Counted from the stretch's first letter, positions 10,387-24,597 are shown. The stretch is 64,000 nt of DNA from Neoconidiobolus thromboides FSU 785 (GCA_025603075.1 MU626298.1:62001-126000), one strand, 5' to 3'. The notes: a model not told the origin generated them from the sequence alone. Translations and numbers: made by a program.

Positions 10387-11738
10387 CTAAGGAGGGGGCT
10401 ATTTGTTATTTTTTGATAAAAATTAAGTTTTAAATGAATAGAATTTGAAATTAATTCGTCATAACTCAACATTAATATTAATATTGAAAAAATAAGATGT
10501 GTCTATAACTTATCAATTGTATACTAAATGTATAAGCAATTGAAATATATTTTAGTTCACTGCGAGACATTAAACGTTTTCCAGTTTTTACATGAAAATC
10601 AATACCTAAATAGTAGTGTTTTTCTATTTCAATTATATAAAAAATAATCTAAATAGTTTAAATAGATGATGTTTATTCATCTTACCTTCTTTTAAAATAA
10701 AGAACTTGGCTAAGGCTTTCGCTCAACTTTTAAAAAATAGAGATTTAATTATACAAGATAAAAAGCATTTAAGTCATTATAGTTTCACTATCGAACAATG
10801 CCCCTTACTCAGTTTAATACGATTTATCTCATATTTAGTATCATTGATTACTTATATACAAATGTTTATAAATTTAAAGAATAAAAAAGCTCTATTTTAT
10901 ATACAGTTTATTAAGTTGAATAGAATAAGATTAAGTTAATAGTAAGTTGACTATAGATATAAGTATTTAAATGTAATTGGGATAATTACAGAAAACATTA
11001 GTCGAAAAAATTTGAAAAAAAGAAGAGGAAATGGTAGTTATTAGTCATTTCTATTGATAGGTCTCGGTGGTTGAAAATTGGAACTATCTTTAGAAATAGA
11101 GATGGGATCATGTGGGACTAATAAATAGTTATTTAGTATAAAAAGTTCAATAGTACTATATAAATAATTTTACCTTGATTTGAATTTAGAATATAACTCA
11201 TACAATTGAGTGTTAATAAAGATAATAATAACAAACCTAACACTGATTGACGCATATATATTTTATATTGTAATAAAATTGTATTTCAAAATGAATTATT
11301 ATTTTTTAATAGTACTTGAAATGGGATTCGATAAGTATTTATAATACTTTAAAATCTTCACAGCTGGTTGTTTTAAGATGAAATTCTTTCATGTTGAATC
11401 ATTTAGTAAGAGATCAACAAGATTAATTTTTAGATTATTAAAGTGAAATTGTTGGAATATTAATTTGAAGTTTGTTTTATATAACTTATTTGCTTATTTT
11501 GATATTGATGGTTCTATTCTATAGTTCTAGATTTTATTGTTTTATCATTTTTATTGATTTTATTAATTCTTATTTTCACATATTATTTAATTATATTTTA
11601 CATCTTTTTGATAAATGTTTAGAACGCCGAAATTGAACATTTGCAAACAAAAACTTAACAAATTGCTAAAGTTTCTAGTATTAAATTTTTGCTCTTAGTT
11701 CCCTAATCATCAGAGCTTTACACATCTTTCAAAAGGGT

Positions 11739-11844
11739 ATATGAGGATGGTTTTTTAGTTTTATTATTTTTTCCATCTTTTAAGCGCTATTTGAGCGGAA
11801 AAATTATTAGTAAAATTCTCAAACAAAAAATACATCCCCCATAT
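11739..11844 (-). mobile_element. MITE family copy 3, just downstream of the chitin synthase stop
   Basis: ATAT-GAGGATGG...CATCCCCC-ATAT. Confidence 0.85.
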
Positions 11845-12003
11845 TTTAATTTTAAATGAAATCGTATATCAAAATTTTTAATATATCATAATTAATGGAA
11901 AAAAAAGGTGAAAAAAAAGTAAGAAAATAACAAATAAAATATAAAAATTTATTAAAATTAAGATAATGAAAAATCGAAAAATATTGTTGTATAATTACTT
12001 GTG

Positions 12004-15000
12004 TTACCCTTGATTTTGTAATACTTTTTCGATACATCTATTAATCAATTCTTTATAAGGTTGCATATCTCTATTTAATTTATTTGCCACTTGATCTCTT
12101 ACTTGTTTTTTAGTAATTGCCATTAAATCCGCATTTTCTAAAATAATAGCTACTTCATCCATAATTTCGACTTCTAATTGTGTAGCAACGATTGGGCTAT
12201 TAGATGTAGTGTCATTTGGTGTATCATAACCTAATAACGGTTTTGGAGATTCGGTGCCTGGAACATAATGATGACCCAAATACCCTTGTTGATTTGTATT
12301 ATCAAACATACCACTACCGGATCGATTATTGACATTCCTTTGGTAAGGATTCGTTATATTATTATTATTATTAGTTGGCATTGGCATCATTTGATAAGAT
12401 TCATTTTGTATGTTATTATTATATTGACTCATTGTATTTTTATTTATTATTGTATTATTATTATTATTATTGTTATAAAATTCGGTACTTGGATTATTTA
12501 TATTTAATCTTGATCCTGGACGAGAAGCAATATTATTTGGTAACATATTGCCAATAATCATATTAGAAGATCTTGGACCTGAATTCATATTTTGATAAAT
12601 AGATTGAGTTGGATTTTGCAATTGATTAGGCTGATATAGCATTGAGTTTGTATTATTGATTGGTGGATAAAAACCAGATTGTGTTTTATTTTGTAAGTTT
12701 GATTTTTTACTTTCATTAGAATATTCCGTTCCTGCTTCCCAGATCTCTTCTTCATATTCGGTCCATTTCTTAGTTGGTATTGTTTTAATATCGAATTTAC
12801 CTTCATCTGCTCCAGATGCAACTATTACTTTTTTACGTTTTCCATTTTCACCAACTACAATTCTAGTTGATCCCCATGAAAAATCATCAAAATGCCAAAA
12901 GGAATAAATTGGTATAAAAAAGGCAAAGATTGGCAATGCTAATAAATAAACAATCATCCAACCAATGTGTTGCCATTGCCTTCTTAATATAAATACGGTC
13001 ATTTGTAATACATAAGGTGCTAATATAAATATCAAAGATATAATAGGTATATTACTTGAATCAGTAATTAATCGATATAATAAATAACCCAAATAACCCA
13101 ATGTAGCAGGCATTATAATTGTTGATAATAAATCCATAAATACAACAAATCTCATTGAAAAACAACAAAACCCACATAACCTCGGTAAAAATACTAGTTC
13201 TAATAAATTATGAACAGTTGAATTGATCCATCTTCTTCTTTGAGACAATAAAACATCCCAAGTATCTGGTGCATTAGTTAAACACATAGCATCTGGTGTA
13301 AATGTCATTTTTTGAAATGGAAAATGTTTTAACATTAAAGTAGTTAAATAACGATCTTCTCCTAAATGTAGCAAATTCTTTTTATGTAATGTATCTACTC
13401 GATTTTCGGAATAATCTGTAATTAATACATTATGTACTAATAAAGGCTGACCTGCTGGTGTCCTTAATCGATACATACAAAAACAACCTGGTAAACAAGT
13501 AACAGAACCAAATAAAGATTCGAATGCTTTAGCTAAATGATGGGATATATAATATTCATAAACTTGGATCATGGTAGCCCAAGTATCTTTTTCATTAGCT
13601 AATGCCGTTTCTCCACATAATCCCATAATCTTAGTATCATGTAACATAGCAGATACTAACCGATTTAATGAATCCGGCATAACTACAGTATCTGCATCTA
13701 CCATTAATACATATTCATAAAAATGTGGATCTACACCAATTACATTTTTAATTTGATGATACATTTCTAACTCTAAAGGTACCATTGGATGATCATAATG
13801 AACTTTATTAAAGAACTTCATTAAGATTAGTTGTGAATCTCTTTTTCCTCTGTTTCCTGGTTTAGCTCTTTCTGTAGGTTTACCTACTTTAACAACAACC
13901 AAATAAGGTACTACATGACCATAACATTCATATAAACCAGTATAAACTTTAGCCATATTATGTTGTTTTGAACCTTCCCCTAAAGAATGAAAAGATAATG
14001 CTTCAGGTTCATTATTGGGATCCGATCCTAATATATCCAATACAATTCTTGGTGTAGGTTTATCATTACCACCTCCCATTACCATACCATCAGCTACAAT
14101 AAATAATAATTTACGTTTATCATCGTATTTTAATACGGCTAATGAATCAATTGTTTTCTTTAAAGATTCTTCGCCTTCAGTATAACAAGGTACATTAATA
14201 ATAACAAATCGATCATGATCTTCAGGTTCTGGACGAGAACCTAATTGCAGAGATGCTAAAAATTTAACAAATAAAATAGCAAATAAAAAGATAGATAAAG
14301 CTAATAAGATATATTGTGCAAATACGCAACGGAAAGATTGTCGGTCATCTAAAACTCCTGAATAAAATACATTATTTAAACACTGCATTGTTAATGCTTT
14401 AGTTTGTGCATCATTTTGATATAGCTTATTGAATGCTAAAGTAATATCTTTCCCAGATCCAACACGAACCAAATCAATAAAATTAGGGTCCATAAAATCA
14501 TAACCTGAAGATGAAGGAGATTGACCAGGTGGTGTTAAAGTATATAAATTGCCAGTAACATAAGAATTTAAATCATATATTTTTTGATTTAATTCTACCC
14601 AAAAATAACCAGTTGCTGCTTTTTTAGATAATGTAGTTGGATCTACAGCTAAATCACCTGCTTTCATTGTTAATCTCATTCTTTGCATGGCATTTTGATA
14701 CCAGTCTGGTTGATAATAATCTGATCCTCGATAATATCGATGATCATGATATTGGGCATTTTTATCTTGAGCACCTAAAGTTGTATTTTGTAAAGAAACT
14801 GTTTCATCAATAGAGCTACCATCATATCGATTACATAAGGAACTTAGTTGCTGTGGAAATAAATAAGACACGTCATTACCAGCATAAACTTTAATTAACT
14901 GAGTTTGTTGAGTACCATAATGAGTAGATAAACCTTGTAAATTAAAGACTTGTCCATAAATGGATACCAATGGTTTACTTGCTGTATTAAAAGAATTCAC

Positions 15001-17751
15001 TTCATAACTTGAAAAAATTTGACGAGTTGGGCAGATTAAAGGATTAATACCAACAATAAATAAAACTACCAAGGCACATAAAAAGAAAATAAGTAAGCAT
15101 AAACTAACTTTTTCACGCCATGCCATACGAACTTCTTTTAATTTCATTCTTCCACAACAGGATAAAAAGGAAGTAGGCACCCACCAAGTCATTGCCCAAG
15201 TAAAACAAATCCAAGATTTTCTCACTTTTGTTTTTGGTATATCTTCTTCTTCTTCTTCTTCTTCTTCGATTGCATTTAAATTTAATTGATTTTCTGCTTT
15301 AGTTAAATGAATTTCCCCATCTTGAGATTGAGAAAATTTACTACCTTTTTCATAAAAAGATAATTGATCTTCATTTAAATTATCATCATCTGAGTAATAA
15401 GATTGATTGTCATTTAAAAACCCAGTAGGAGAATCTTTATTTAGAGCATTAACTCCTTGTGTTTCTATTACTTTTAAATTATCTTCTAAATCTCTCCAAA
15501 CACCATCACAAAGATAAGTAAATTTATGTCCAATTGCCATATGTTCCGTACCCCAACCAAAACTTTCTCTTGAATTAACTAAAACTGATAAAGGATCATT
15601 TTCATCCACTTCAATTCCCATAGCTATTAAAATTGAAGAATATCTTGTAACAAATTCATTATGCTGATAACAAACAGTATATTCAATTTCTTTACGTTCG
15701 GTCATGTAAACTAATCTATATCTTTCAATTTGTTGTAATATAATTTTACTATCAATATTATCAAACATTCGGTTTTGATTCGAATTAAAACATAATACAA
15801 ACCAAGCTTCAGTATTATCAAAAGTATCAAATAATTCATCTAATCCAGTTTGGAATTGAGCTAATGAACCTTGAGGTTTATCTTTGCTATTTTCTTTTAA
15901 ATTTGCTTCTTTTTTCTTTTTCATACTTGGTTTACGTAAAGGTACACTTGGTTGTTGTGCAGCTACAATAGCATTCCCATTTTTGGGATTCACTTCAGTA
16001 TAAACCGCATCCGAAGTAAATAATCCAGCTACAAATGGATTACCAACTAAAGCATCTGGACCACCACGAAATGTCTGAACAAAATCAGCACCAATAGATG
16101 CTCGATTTTGTTCCATAAAACCAGCTACTGAATAAGTTATTGGTTGAGTAAAGTGATGAACACAAAATTGGTTATTGCTACGATCTAATTGAAATAAATC
16201 TTGATGAGAATGATTTTTTGCTAAAGAAGTCATCAAGGAGGCATCAGTAGCTGGTCCCTTAACTTTATTGGCTAATTTATCCATAATAGCAACAATACCC
16301 GAACTTGGTTTACCAAGTAGTTGAATTAATGTATGATTATCAGGATATTCTACAATTGGAATAGTAATACCATCTTCTTGATAAGAAGTATTAGAAGCTT
16401 CAAATACTTGAAAACAACAATAATTAAATAATCTTTCATTAGCATAATTAACACAAAACTGTTCAAAGTTACAAGAAGAATCAGAATAATAAAAACCAGG
16501 TAAATCTAATAAACCAATAAAATTAGCTTGTATATCTTGACAATATTTAGTATTAATATGTTCAATCATCCAAGAAAATAATAAAGAATATAAACATTTA
16601 ACTAAATCATCTCGTTGAATTTTGGCATCTTTAGCATCTAAAAATATAGTACACATTTCTTTTTTAATCATTTGCGTTTTATATGTTAGTAAAGCTTCTA
16701 ATGTATTGGGTAATAAACCTAAAAAATCAGCACAAATATCTAAAATATCGATATTTTTTATCAAGGCAGGTTCATTATTATTGTTTCCATGATTAACAAA
16801 ATTCAAATTTCCTAAATGTAATATTGAAGCTAATAATTGAAAGATTTGACTTTGTGAACGCTGATGAAAACCTAATACTTTTAAAGATTTTTTAAGTTCA
16901 CTAAAACTTTGTTTCAATTCTTCTTGATTGAAATCATTATTAGTATGAGCCAAATAATTAAAACTCACAGCATCACCAAGTTTAAAATGTTCTTTTTCTT
17001 GAAGGTCAACACCAGCTAACAGCATATAAAACACTTTAAAATTACTTTCATTTCTAGGTACATTAACTACTCGGTTTTTAGCTAATAAATAATTTAAAAA
17101 TTTTAAACCATAAACTCGTCCCTTTTTGTCTAATTGTAATTCTAAATATTTGCCAACTTTGGAAGCATTTGGATTTTGAAATGTCTTACAACTACCAAAC
17201 GCTTGGAAAACAGCATCCGCTTCTTGAGATGCTTCTAATAACCGTGCTTCTTTACGATGCGTTTTTCGTAATTCAAAATAACAACGTAAAAATTGTTGAA
17301 ATAAATGCGATTTACCAGAGCCAGAATCACCGCTATTAGAAAGAAAAAGAATTAGTTTTAGTTACCAACAATAAAATATAAGAGTTTACTTAAAAATCAA
17401 GGTTTGATCAATACCTGATCGTTTTAAATGAAAATAAATTACTTTACACAATTGAAAGATATGAGGTTCTAATTCTTGTTGATGATTGACATTATTATTA
17501 TTTTTTAAATAATAACCCATCACATCTTCATGAAAGCAAGATAAATCATTATATGGATTAATATATAATAATAAGCGTGCTCCTACTTTAGTGAAATATT
17601 GTCGATCTTTGAAGCGTAAGTTAAGCGCTTGGTTTAAATACACATCCGTCTTGGGACTCAGAAAAGTTAAGTCTTGAATTTTACCTAGATCATCAATTGA
17701 GGACTTATCATCTTCGGCAGGGTTTGGGAAGTTAGATAAGTGCTTAGCCAT
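12004..17751 (-). CDS. Chitin synthase with N-terminal myosin motor-like domain (class V / myosin-17 type), cytochrome-b5-like domains and C-terminal DEK_C
   Basis: Exon 1 is 17390..17751, the intron is 17333..17389 and the long exon runs to 12004. Motifs: P-loop GDSGSGKS, AFG..KT..NPNASKVGK, DLPGF; GT2 motifs CLPGCF, LGEDRYLT and QRRRW; DEK_C-like ILENADLMAITKKQVRDQV. Confidence 0.95.
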
Positions 17752-19161
17752 CTAAAATTGGAGAATTGACACTTTTTTATGAAATATGAGAATGGGATGC
17801 TTTCGATATGAGTTCAAAGTATTTTTATGAAAGAATATAAATAAAAAAAGTATTATAAAATCTAAAGAAAAGATAGAATACTTTTTTTAATTAAAAAAAT
17901 TAAATAAAGGAAAATTAAAAGATAGTTATAAAAAAAATAACTACTTATTTAACAAAAAATAAAACTAAATAAAAGGAAATTTATTTTTTATTGATAACTT
18001 ATTTATAATCCATCTTAACTGCCCCACAGCTTCCTACATTTGGCCTTTTGATTGTAACGAACTGTTTTTTTTACTTTTTTTATTTTTAGCTAGAAAATAT
18101 ATAAAATGCCTGTTAGCTTTCTTATTTTGGTAGGTTTCAATTTCCATTTCAAAATTTTTTGGCTTTAAGGAGATTACTAAAACGTGGGTGGGGTTTGAAA
18201 ATAGAGAATTTATAAAAGATAAAATGAATAAAAAATGGATTGTAATTAAAAAATAGTGGAAAAAATTAGGATAAATTAATTAAAAGCACACTTTATTATT
18301 TTGTTATATACATATTATACTGTATATTGTTCATTGATACGGTCTTAGTAGCCCTATTGTATTTTTTTTAAAAATAATATCAACTCATTTTCAACTAAAT
18401 GCTAAGCTTTTCAATCTGTCTTGGCAAGTTTCTATTTATAAAATATCATTAGCAATAATTTTATTTTTATTAGACATAAATAGATTCTTATCTACTTTTA
18501 TAAAATACCATAAAATTAAATGAGAATTCACATAAATCAAGTTAGGTTCTTATTATTAAGTATAATATATCGAAGTCTTATGGCCTTTTTGCTATAAAAA
18601 AGCTGGTTAAGTATTAACATTTTTGATATGAAGTAATAGAGTACTGGAGCTTACATCTGTTAAACTTCAGCTATACAACAATTAGTAGTAGTATTTATAA
18701 TTAATGATCTGTTTAATTATATTGATTTAGGGCTTATTTATCAACTTTTTTTTTTAAAGATAATAGATGACTACTTCACAATTGAAGTTTAATAGCCATA
18801 TTTTCATAAAATTAATAGTTATCATCTGAATTTGTATAGAAAATAAACAATATTAAAACCAAAACTTCAAACAAAACATAGTTTTATTAACAGTAAAGTA
18901 TTTAAATATAAACTAATATATAAAAAGATAGTACGTGGTATATTGATTTTTGTTCTTATTTTTGAAATATCTAAAAGTAAAATTCAAATTAGTATTTGTT
19001 TTTAAAAGCCAAAAAAAAGTTAAATTCAAAATTGGGCCATCTTCTAACGGCTATTTTTCAATTTAAAGATCGGCATTTTTGGCTAAAAATTGGAGTTAGG
19101 AATTTGAGGTGTCATTTTTTTACTTGAAATTTTAAGCGGATTAGAAAGTGAACAAGATATT

Positions 19162-19268
19162 ATATGGGGATGTATTTTTGTGTTTAAGAATTTTACTAAC
19201 AATTTTTCCACGCAAATAGCGCTTAAAAGATGGAAAAAGTAATGAAGCCAAAAAAAACATCCCCATAT
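19162..19268 (+). mobile_element. MITE family copy 4 (near-consensus)
   Basis: ATAT-GGGGATGTATTTTTG...AAAAAAACATCCCC-ATAT. Confidence 0.9.
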
Positions 19269-19281
19269 AGATTAATATTTC

Positions 19282-19472
19282 ATAACTAATTACAAGGAAG
19301 TAAAGATATTTGACTCATTTAATCGAGAGAATTCGAAATACAAAATTATGGTGACCAGCTAGATATTTCAAATATCTCAATTTTGAGCTTTAATTGGTCA
19401 TCACTATTTTTACGCATTTTGAATTCTCCCAATCGAATGAGTTGAATATTCTTGTTTTTCGTAATTGATTAT
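19282..19472. repeat. Imperfect foldback element (~77-bp inverted arms with a palindromic spacer)
   Basis: The left arm ATAACTAATTAC..ACTCATT..GAGAATTC..TGACCA (19282-19357) matches the reverse complement of 19395-19472. The spacer contains AGATATTT-C-AAATATCT. Confidence 0.75.
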
Positions 19473-19773
19473 ATTAGTTCAAGTTGAATTTTGTTAAAAA
19501 TTCTTTTTTAACTTTTTTTAATCGAATATTTTACAAGGGTTAAAAATATTAATTTATAAATAGTTTGCTTTTAAATACTATTAGAGAAGGGCACAGTGTA
19601 TAAATGATCTATAAAGGAACAGCTAATATCATGTTAGATTTAGGGTAAAAGCTAGAACATTTCATGACTTGCTTCAAGAAAAGACAATTCAATTACCTTG
19701 ACTATTTCAATTTTATTAAACCCAAGTAATATTTGATTTAAAAGCTGATGGTATTTTACTAAATCCTTATAAA

Positions 19774-19879
19774 TAATGGGGATGTTTTTTTCGATTTCAT
19801 TACTTTTCCATTTTTTAAGCGCTATTTGAGTCGAAAGATTGTCAGTAAAATTCTTAAACACAAAAATACATCCCCATAT
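19774..19879 (-). mobile_element. MITE family copy 5
   Basis: GGGGATGTTTTTT...AAAAATACATCCCC-ATAT. Confidence 0.9.
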
Positions 19880-20181
19880 ATTGTAATTAATAATAGATTA
19901 TAGTTAACAATAGCTTATTTATAAATTCGCATCTACAGGTTGTAAAGTTATAAATGATTATAAGTTAAGATTTAAAAATACTTTATAATGATTTTATACT
20001 AAACTAAAATATATAAAGAAATAACAGTTTTATGGGAAGGGGTTACATATAAATGTTAAAATTTATTAAAAAGATACATATATAATTTTTAAAAAAGCGA
20101 CTTATTAATAAAACAAATGCTCAAATAAATAAAAGTGTGATATAAAGATAAAGTAGAAGCAATAAATGGATTCTACATAAT

Positions 20182-20286
20182 ATATGGGGATGTGTTTTTG
20201 TATTAAGAATTTTGCTAATAATTTTTCTGCTCAGATAGTGCTTAAAAGATGGAAAAAGTAATGAAGCCAAAAAAACATCCCCATAC
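20182..20286 (+). mobile_element. MITE family copy 6
   Basis: ATAT-GGGGATGTG...AAAAACATCCCC-ATAC. Confidence 0.9.
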
Positions 20287-20451
20287 AACTGATTATGCTC
20301 ATCAAAGAAAGTAAGTATAGAAAACTTTATATAAAAAACTATTAGCTTTAAGTAGTTAATTCAAATTAGTAATAAAATAAAAAAAGAAAAGCTTAAGTTA
20401 TAATTGTTTATTAACTATATTAATAAAACTCGGGTTTAATCCGTCTCATTT

Positions 20452-21733
20452 TCAACTACTTTCCTTAAGTTTTTGAATTTTTTCCTTAATTTCTTTTGAA
20501 ACAAATAAATCGTCTAAAAATTTGGTGGATCCTTTGACAGCAGAATATTGATCGATATCAGTTACTCCATTCTCACGTAAAAATAATTCATCCACTAAAA
20601 AATTACCACTAAATTAAAACACCGCCAGTCAATATCATATAATAAAGAGTTAGATGAGATACTTACGTAAATTTCTTACTATCTTTATTAAATACCATAT
20701 ATGCTGAGTCCGCCATAATCTCTGGGGTACTAGAAAATATCAATTTAATCAATTTACAATAGGCTTAATTTACTTACCGACAAAGCTCTGGTTTATTCAT
20801 TGGTCCTAGATAATCGATTTAATATAACACAGAAACTGAGATCAACCTACTTACCAAGCGCTTGTAAAGCTGCAGTCATGATAACGGTAAAAGGCCACAA
20901 TGCATTCACTGCAATACCATCTTTTTTAAGTTCGCTAGACATACCAAGTACGCACATTGACATGTTATATCTGAAAATTAATAAGGATAACAGCTTTAAA
21001 CCTGAAAAAATATATCCTACTTTGCCATAGTATAAGGACCATAACTCCGAAACCATTTTTGGTCCATGGTTAGTGGTGGAGCAAGGTTTAAAATATGTGG
21101 GTTACTACTCTTTCTTAAGTGAGGAATAGAGTGCTAAAAGTAGTTAAAAATTAAATAAAATTGATGTTTTATACATAAGCTAATAACAAACTTTAGATAC
21201 CAGCCAAGTACCACGGGTATTGATTTGATGCATCAAGTCATACTTTTCTATCGTAGTTTTTTCGGTATTTGTTAAATTAATGACAGAGGCTTAAAGTAAT
21301 CAACAAAATTAATAAATGAAATCATAAATTAAATTTACCATTATTAACTAAAATATCAAGCCCACCAAACTGTTTCACTGTTTGACTAATGGCGTCAGCA
21401 ATCTGTTCTTCACTTCGAATATCGCAAGCTATAGGTAATGCTTTTCCTCCAGCCTCTTCTACTTCTTCAGCTGTGGCATAGATTGTTCCTGGCATCTTTA
21501 TGGAAATAATTAATGAGTTCTTATTTATTTTTCATTTTGCTCACTTACTTTTGGATTCGTGGTGGTTGTCCTTGCTGCTATTGCTACATTTGCTCCATCT
21601 CTGGCTGCTCTTAAAGCTATTGCTTTACCAATCCCTCTATAAAATTGGTATCGTCATTTACTATTATCTCATATACTTTGTCAAGTTACCTTGATGCTCC
21701 AGTTACAAAAATTGTCTTTCCTTTTAAACTCAT
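20452..21733 (-). CDS. HSDL2-like short-chain dehydrogenase/reductase, copy B (inverted duplicate of 6130..7406)
   Basis: The introns I checked fall at the same positions as in copy A and the exons are near-identical (MSLKGKTIFVTGASR, YTMAK, MSMCVLGMSSELKKDGIAVNALWP, ...EKIQKLKESS*). The sequence just after the stop is also homologous. Confidence 0.9.
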
Positions 21734-22887
21734 TATACTTTAACAAAAAAGAATTTTTTGATTTTTGATTTTTTGATTTTATTGATGTCATTACTCTTAT
21801 GAAACTTCGTCACGTCATTAGCCCCTAGCCTAAGTGGCTTTGTATAATAATGGTTGAAAGTGATTCCACTGTATTTTTCGATTTTTTCTAAATAATACAA
21901 ATATTAGAAAATGAAAAAATCGGGAAAAAATGGCGGATTAGAAGTAGTACTACAAGCCATAATTAGCAAAAAAAATTCGATTTTTTGACTTTCCAATATT
22001 TTTGTTATTTGAAAAACTGAAAACACATTATAGAATACTTTTCGCCCCTGTTATATTACTATGACTTGTAAGTAGAGTAAGTTTGTAAAAATTTTATTGA
22101 ATTTTAATTAAACCTATAAGATTGATATATGTTACTATCAGGTATTTGTTTTTATTACTTATTATTTAATTAAAAGACACTTAAAATGTACAATTAAGGT
22201 TGAAATTCTTCTATCAGAAAATTTAATCATTGATATCCAACAACAGCAATTAAGCTATTAGATGTCAAACACTATATCCAAACGTCCCAAAAAATAAATT
22301 GAAATACATAGTGATTAATGAAAATAATATCAAGTCCTTTAAACTTCAGTTGTCCTAGGAATTGAGTTAAAATAAGCATTGTAAATGCCAGTACTATTTC
22401 AAATTGCGATTTTCGCTACTTCCATATTGTATCCCCTTTTATCTCATTTAAATCAAATAAAAGAATATAACAAAACAACATATTCATTATTGATTTTATG
22501 TCTAAACATAATTTAACTTTGTGTTTTCATATTATAGTGTTTTATCAGAGTTTCAATCAGCTATTAAAGTATGAAGAATTCAGTTGAGATAGCACTCTCA
22601 GTTCAACTACGCATCAAGTTCCAAACCAAACACAGCATACTCTAGGAATAAGATTTTAATTTGTTACAGCATAAGCCTTGACTAGTATGATGGTTTTCCT
22701 ACTTTAGTTAAAACATTTGTGAATTAGCTAATAAAGCACTTGTTTAATGGAATATCACAATAAATTGAGCTATATATCCAGCTAAAAAAAACCTTAATTT
22801 TAAAGCAAGGAATGAACAAGTGTTTTGTATCTGAATCCCCTCCCATAAGCAATAAAAGTGATGACTATAGAAACTATTATATTTTTT

Positions 22888-22993
22888 ATTTGAGGATGCT
22901 TTTTTAGCTTCATCACTTTTTCCATCTTTTAAGCGCTATTTGAGTGGAAAAATAGCTAATAAAATTCTTGAGTACAAAAATACATCTCTATTT
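22888..22993 (-). mobile_element. MITE family copy 7 (ATTT target duplication)
   Basis: ATTT-GAGGATGC...ACATCTCT-ATTT. Confidence 0.85.
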
Positions 22994-23255
22994 TTATTTT
23001 ATTTTTATTTTTATTTTTGGCAATTTAAAACAATGGAAATTGGTAAATTTTGAATTTCACCAGTAAAGAAAATAAATGATCAAATTAAAGTGATAGTTTA
23101 AGAATATTTTATAAAATTTAGCACTAATATTAGTATTTTATTAAGAAGCAATTATTAAATAAAGAGTCTAGAGTAGAAGGAAAGATAGATTATTAACAAT
23201 TAGATGACTGTACAAAGGAAAAAAATAAATCTCTACTTATGAATTGAGTCTACTC

Positions 23256-23307
23256 AGTATCTAGTGAGTATCTAGTGAGTATCTAGTGAGTATCTAGTGA
23301 GTATCTA
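23256..23307. repeat. 11-bp tandem minisatellite (AGTATCTAGTG, about 4.7 copies)
   Basis: Four perfect units plus a partial unit, read directly. Confidence 0.9.
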
Positions 23308-23851
23308 AAAACAGAAATAAGCGATCAAGGAAGGAAATGGAGAGGATCAATATGATAGGTTTATAAAGCAATAGGAATAGAAATATTAGAATGTGATAAA
23401 GATCTGGATATGGCTGAATGGAAGCTCAAAAAGTAAAAATAATGATAAGTTTAAGTAATCCAAAGGCAGTGAAAAATATAAAAACAATAATAATAATGAA
23501 ATAGATATCATAGACAGTGTTATAACTTAGAAAGTAAACTTTATTATATTTTTGCAGAGCTACTATTAATATAGTCGCAGCTTGTAAGCTTATATTTAGA
23601 TTTTGACTGTTATTTAGTCAAAACTCGTTTTAAAAAACTCGGCAATCATCATCCAAATCCTGTAGAAAAGTCCTTATAAACCAAACACTAGATCAGCGAT
23701 AGCTAAACGCAAACTAAAATCTATAGTAATTAGTAAAGAAAATTTACTTCTTTAAACATGGCTATTTTCGAATCTTATCTATAACGAATACACCAAAAGA
23801 ATAATCCAATCCACTATTCCCATTGATTCCCTCATTTTCATTTATTTGAAC

Positions 23852-23958
23852 ATATGGGGATATGTTTTTATGTTTAAGAGTTTTATTAACAAATTTTCCG
23901 CTTAAATAGCGCTTAAAAAATGGAAAAAACAATGAAGTCAAAAAAGATATCCCCATAC
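23852..23958 (+). mobile_element. MITE family copy 8
   Basis: ATAT-GGGGATATG...GATATCCCC-ATAC. Confidence 0.9.
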
Positions 23959-24597
23959 TAAGAATGGTTTATGAACAAATCAGTTGAATATATATATCAA
24001 CACGACGAGGCTACATTCGAATAATAAAAATATATAACTAATATAATAGTCCAATAAGAATCTTTATAGACGGAACTATAGATTTTACAATGATACTAAG
24101 GATACTCAACGAAAAAGCGGAGAACCCTTAGTTGTCAGATGCAGTTGCTTTGATTTTTATGGTTATTTCTAGTCTGATCTGAGCCACTATTACTTTCTTT
24201 TTCAAGGCTATATCAAGGCCCATTAAGTCACTTTCTTAATTCCTATTTAAGGCTATAAAATCCAAGATTAAATGAATTGAAAGTAGTCCCATATTGAGTA
24301 AAATATTATCGATAGTGATATTAAAATATGAAATATCTCAACTTGTCAACTTTTATTCTCATAGCGCCTAAAATGCGGATAAAAAAGTCATTTTGGCCCA
24401 AATTATCTTAATCGTGCCAATAGAATTTAAGCTTTAAGTTCAATTGAGGTGGAAAAAAAATATTCTAGCTAGGAGATGCAAAATGAGAGGGGGAAACTGC
24501 AAATTAAAGTGACATCAACCAGGTCATCTGAAAAAATAAATTTATAAAAAGGAAAACGCAAGCGTTGAAAAGGTTATTTTTCTTTATACATTTCAAA

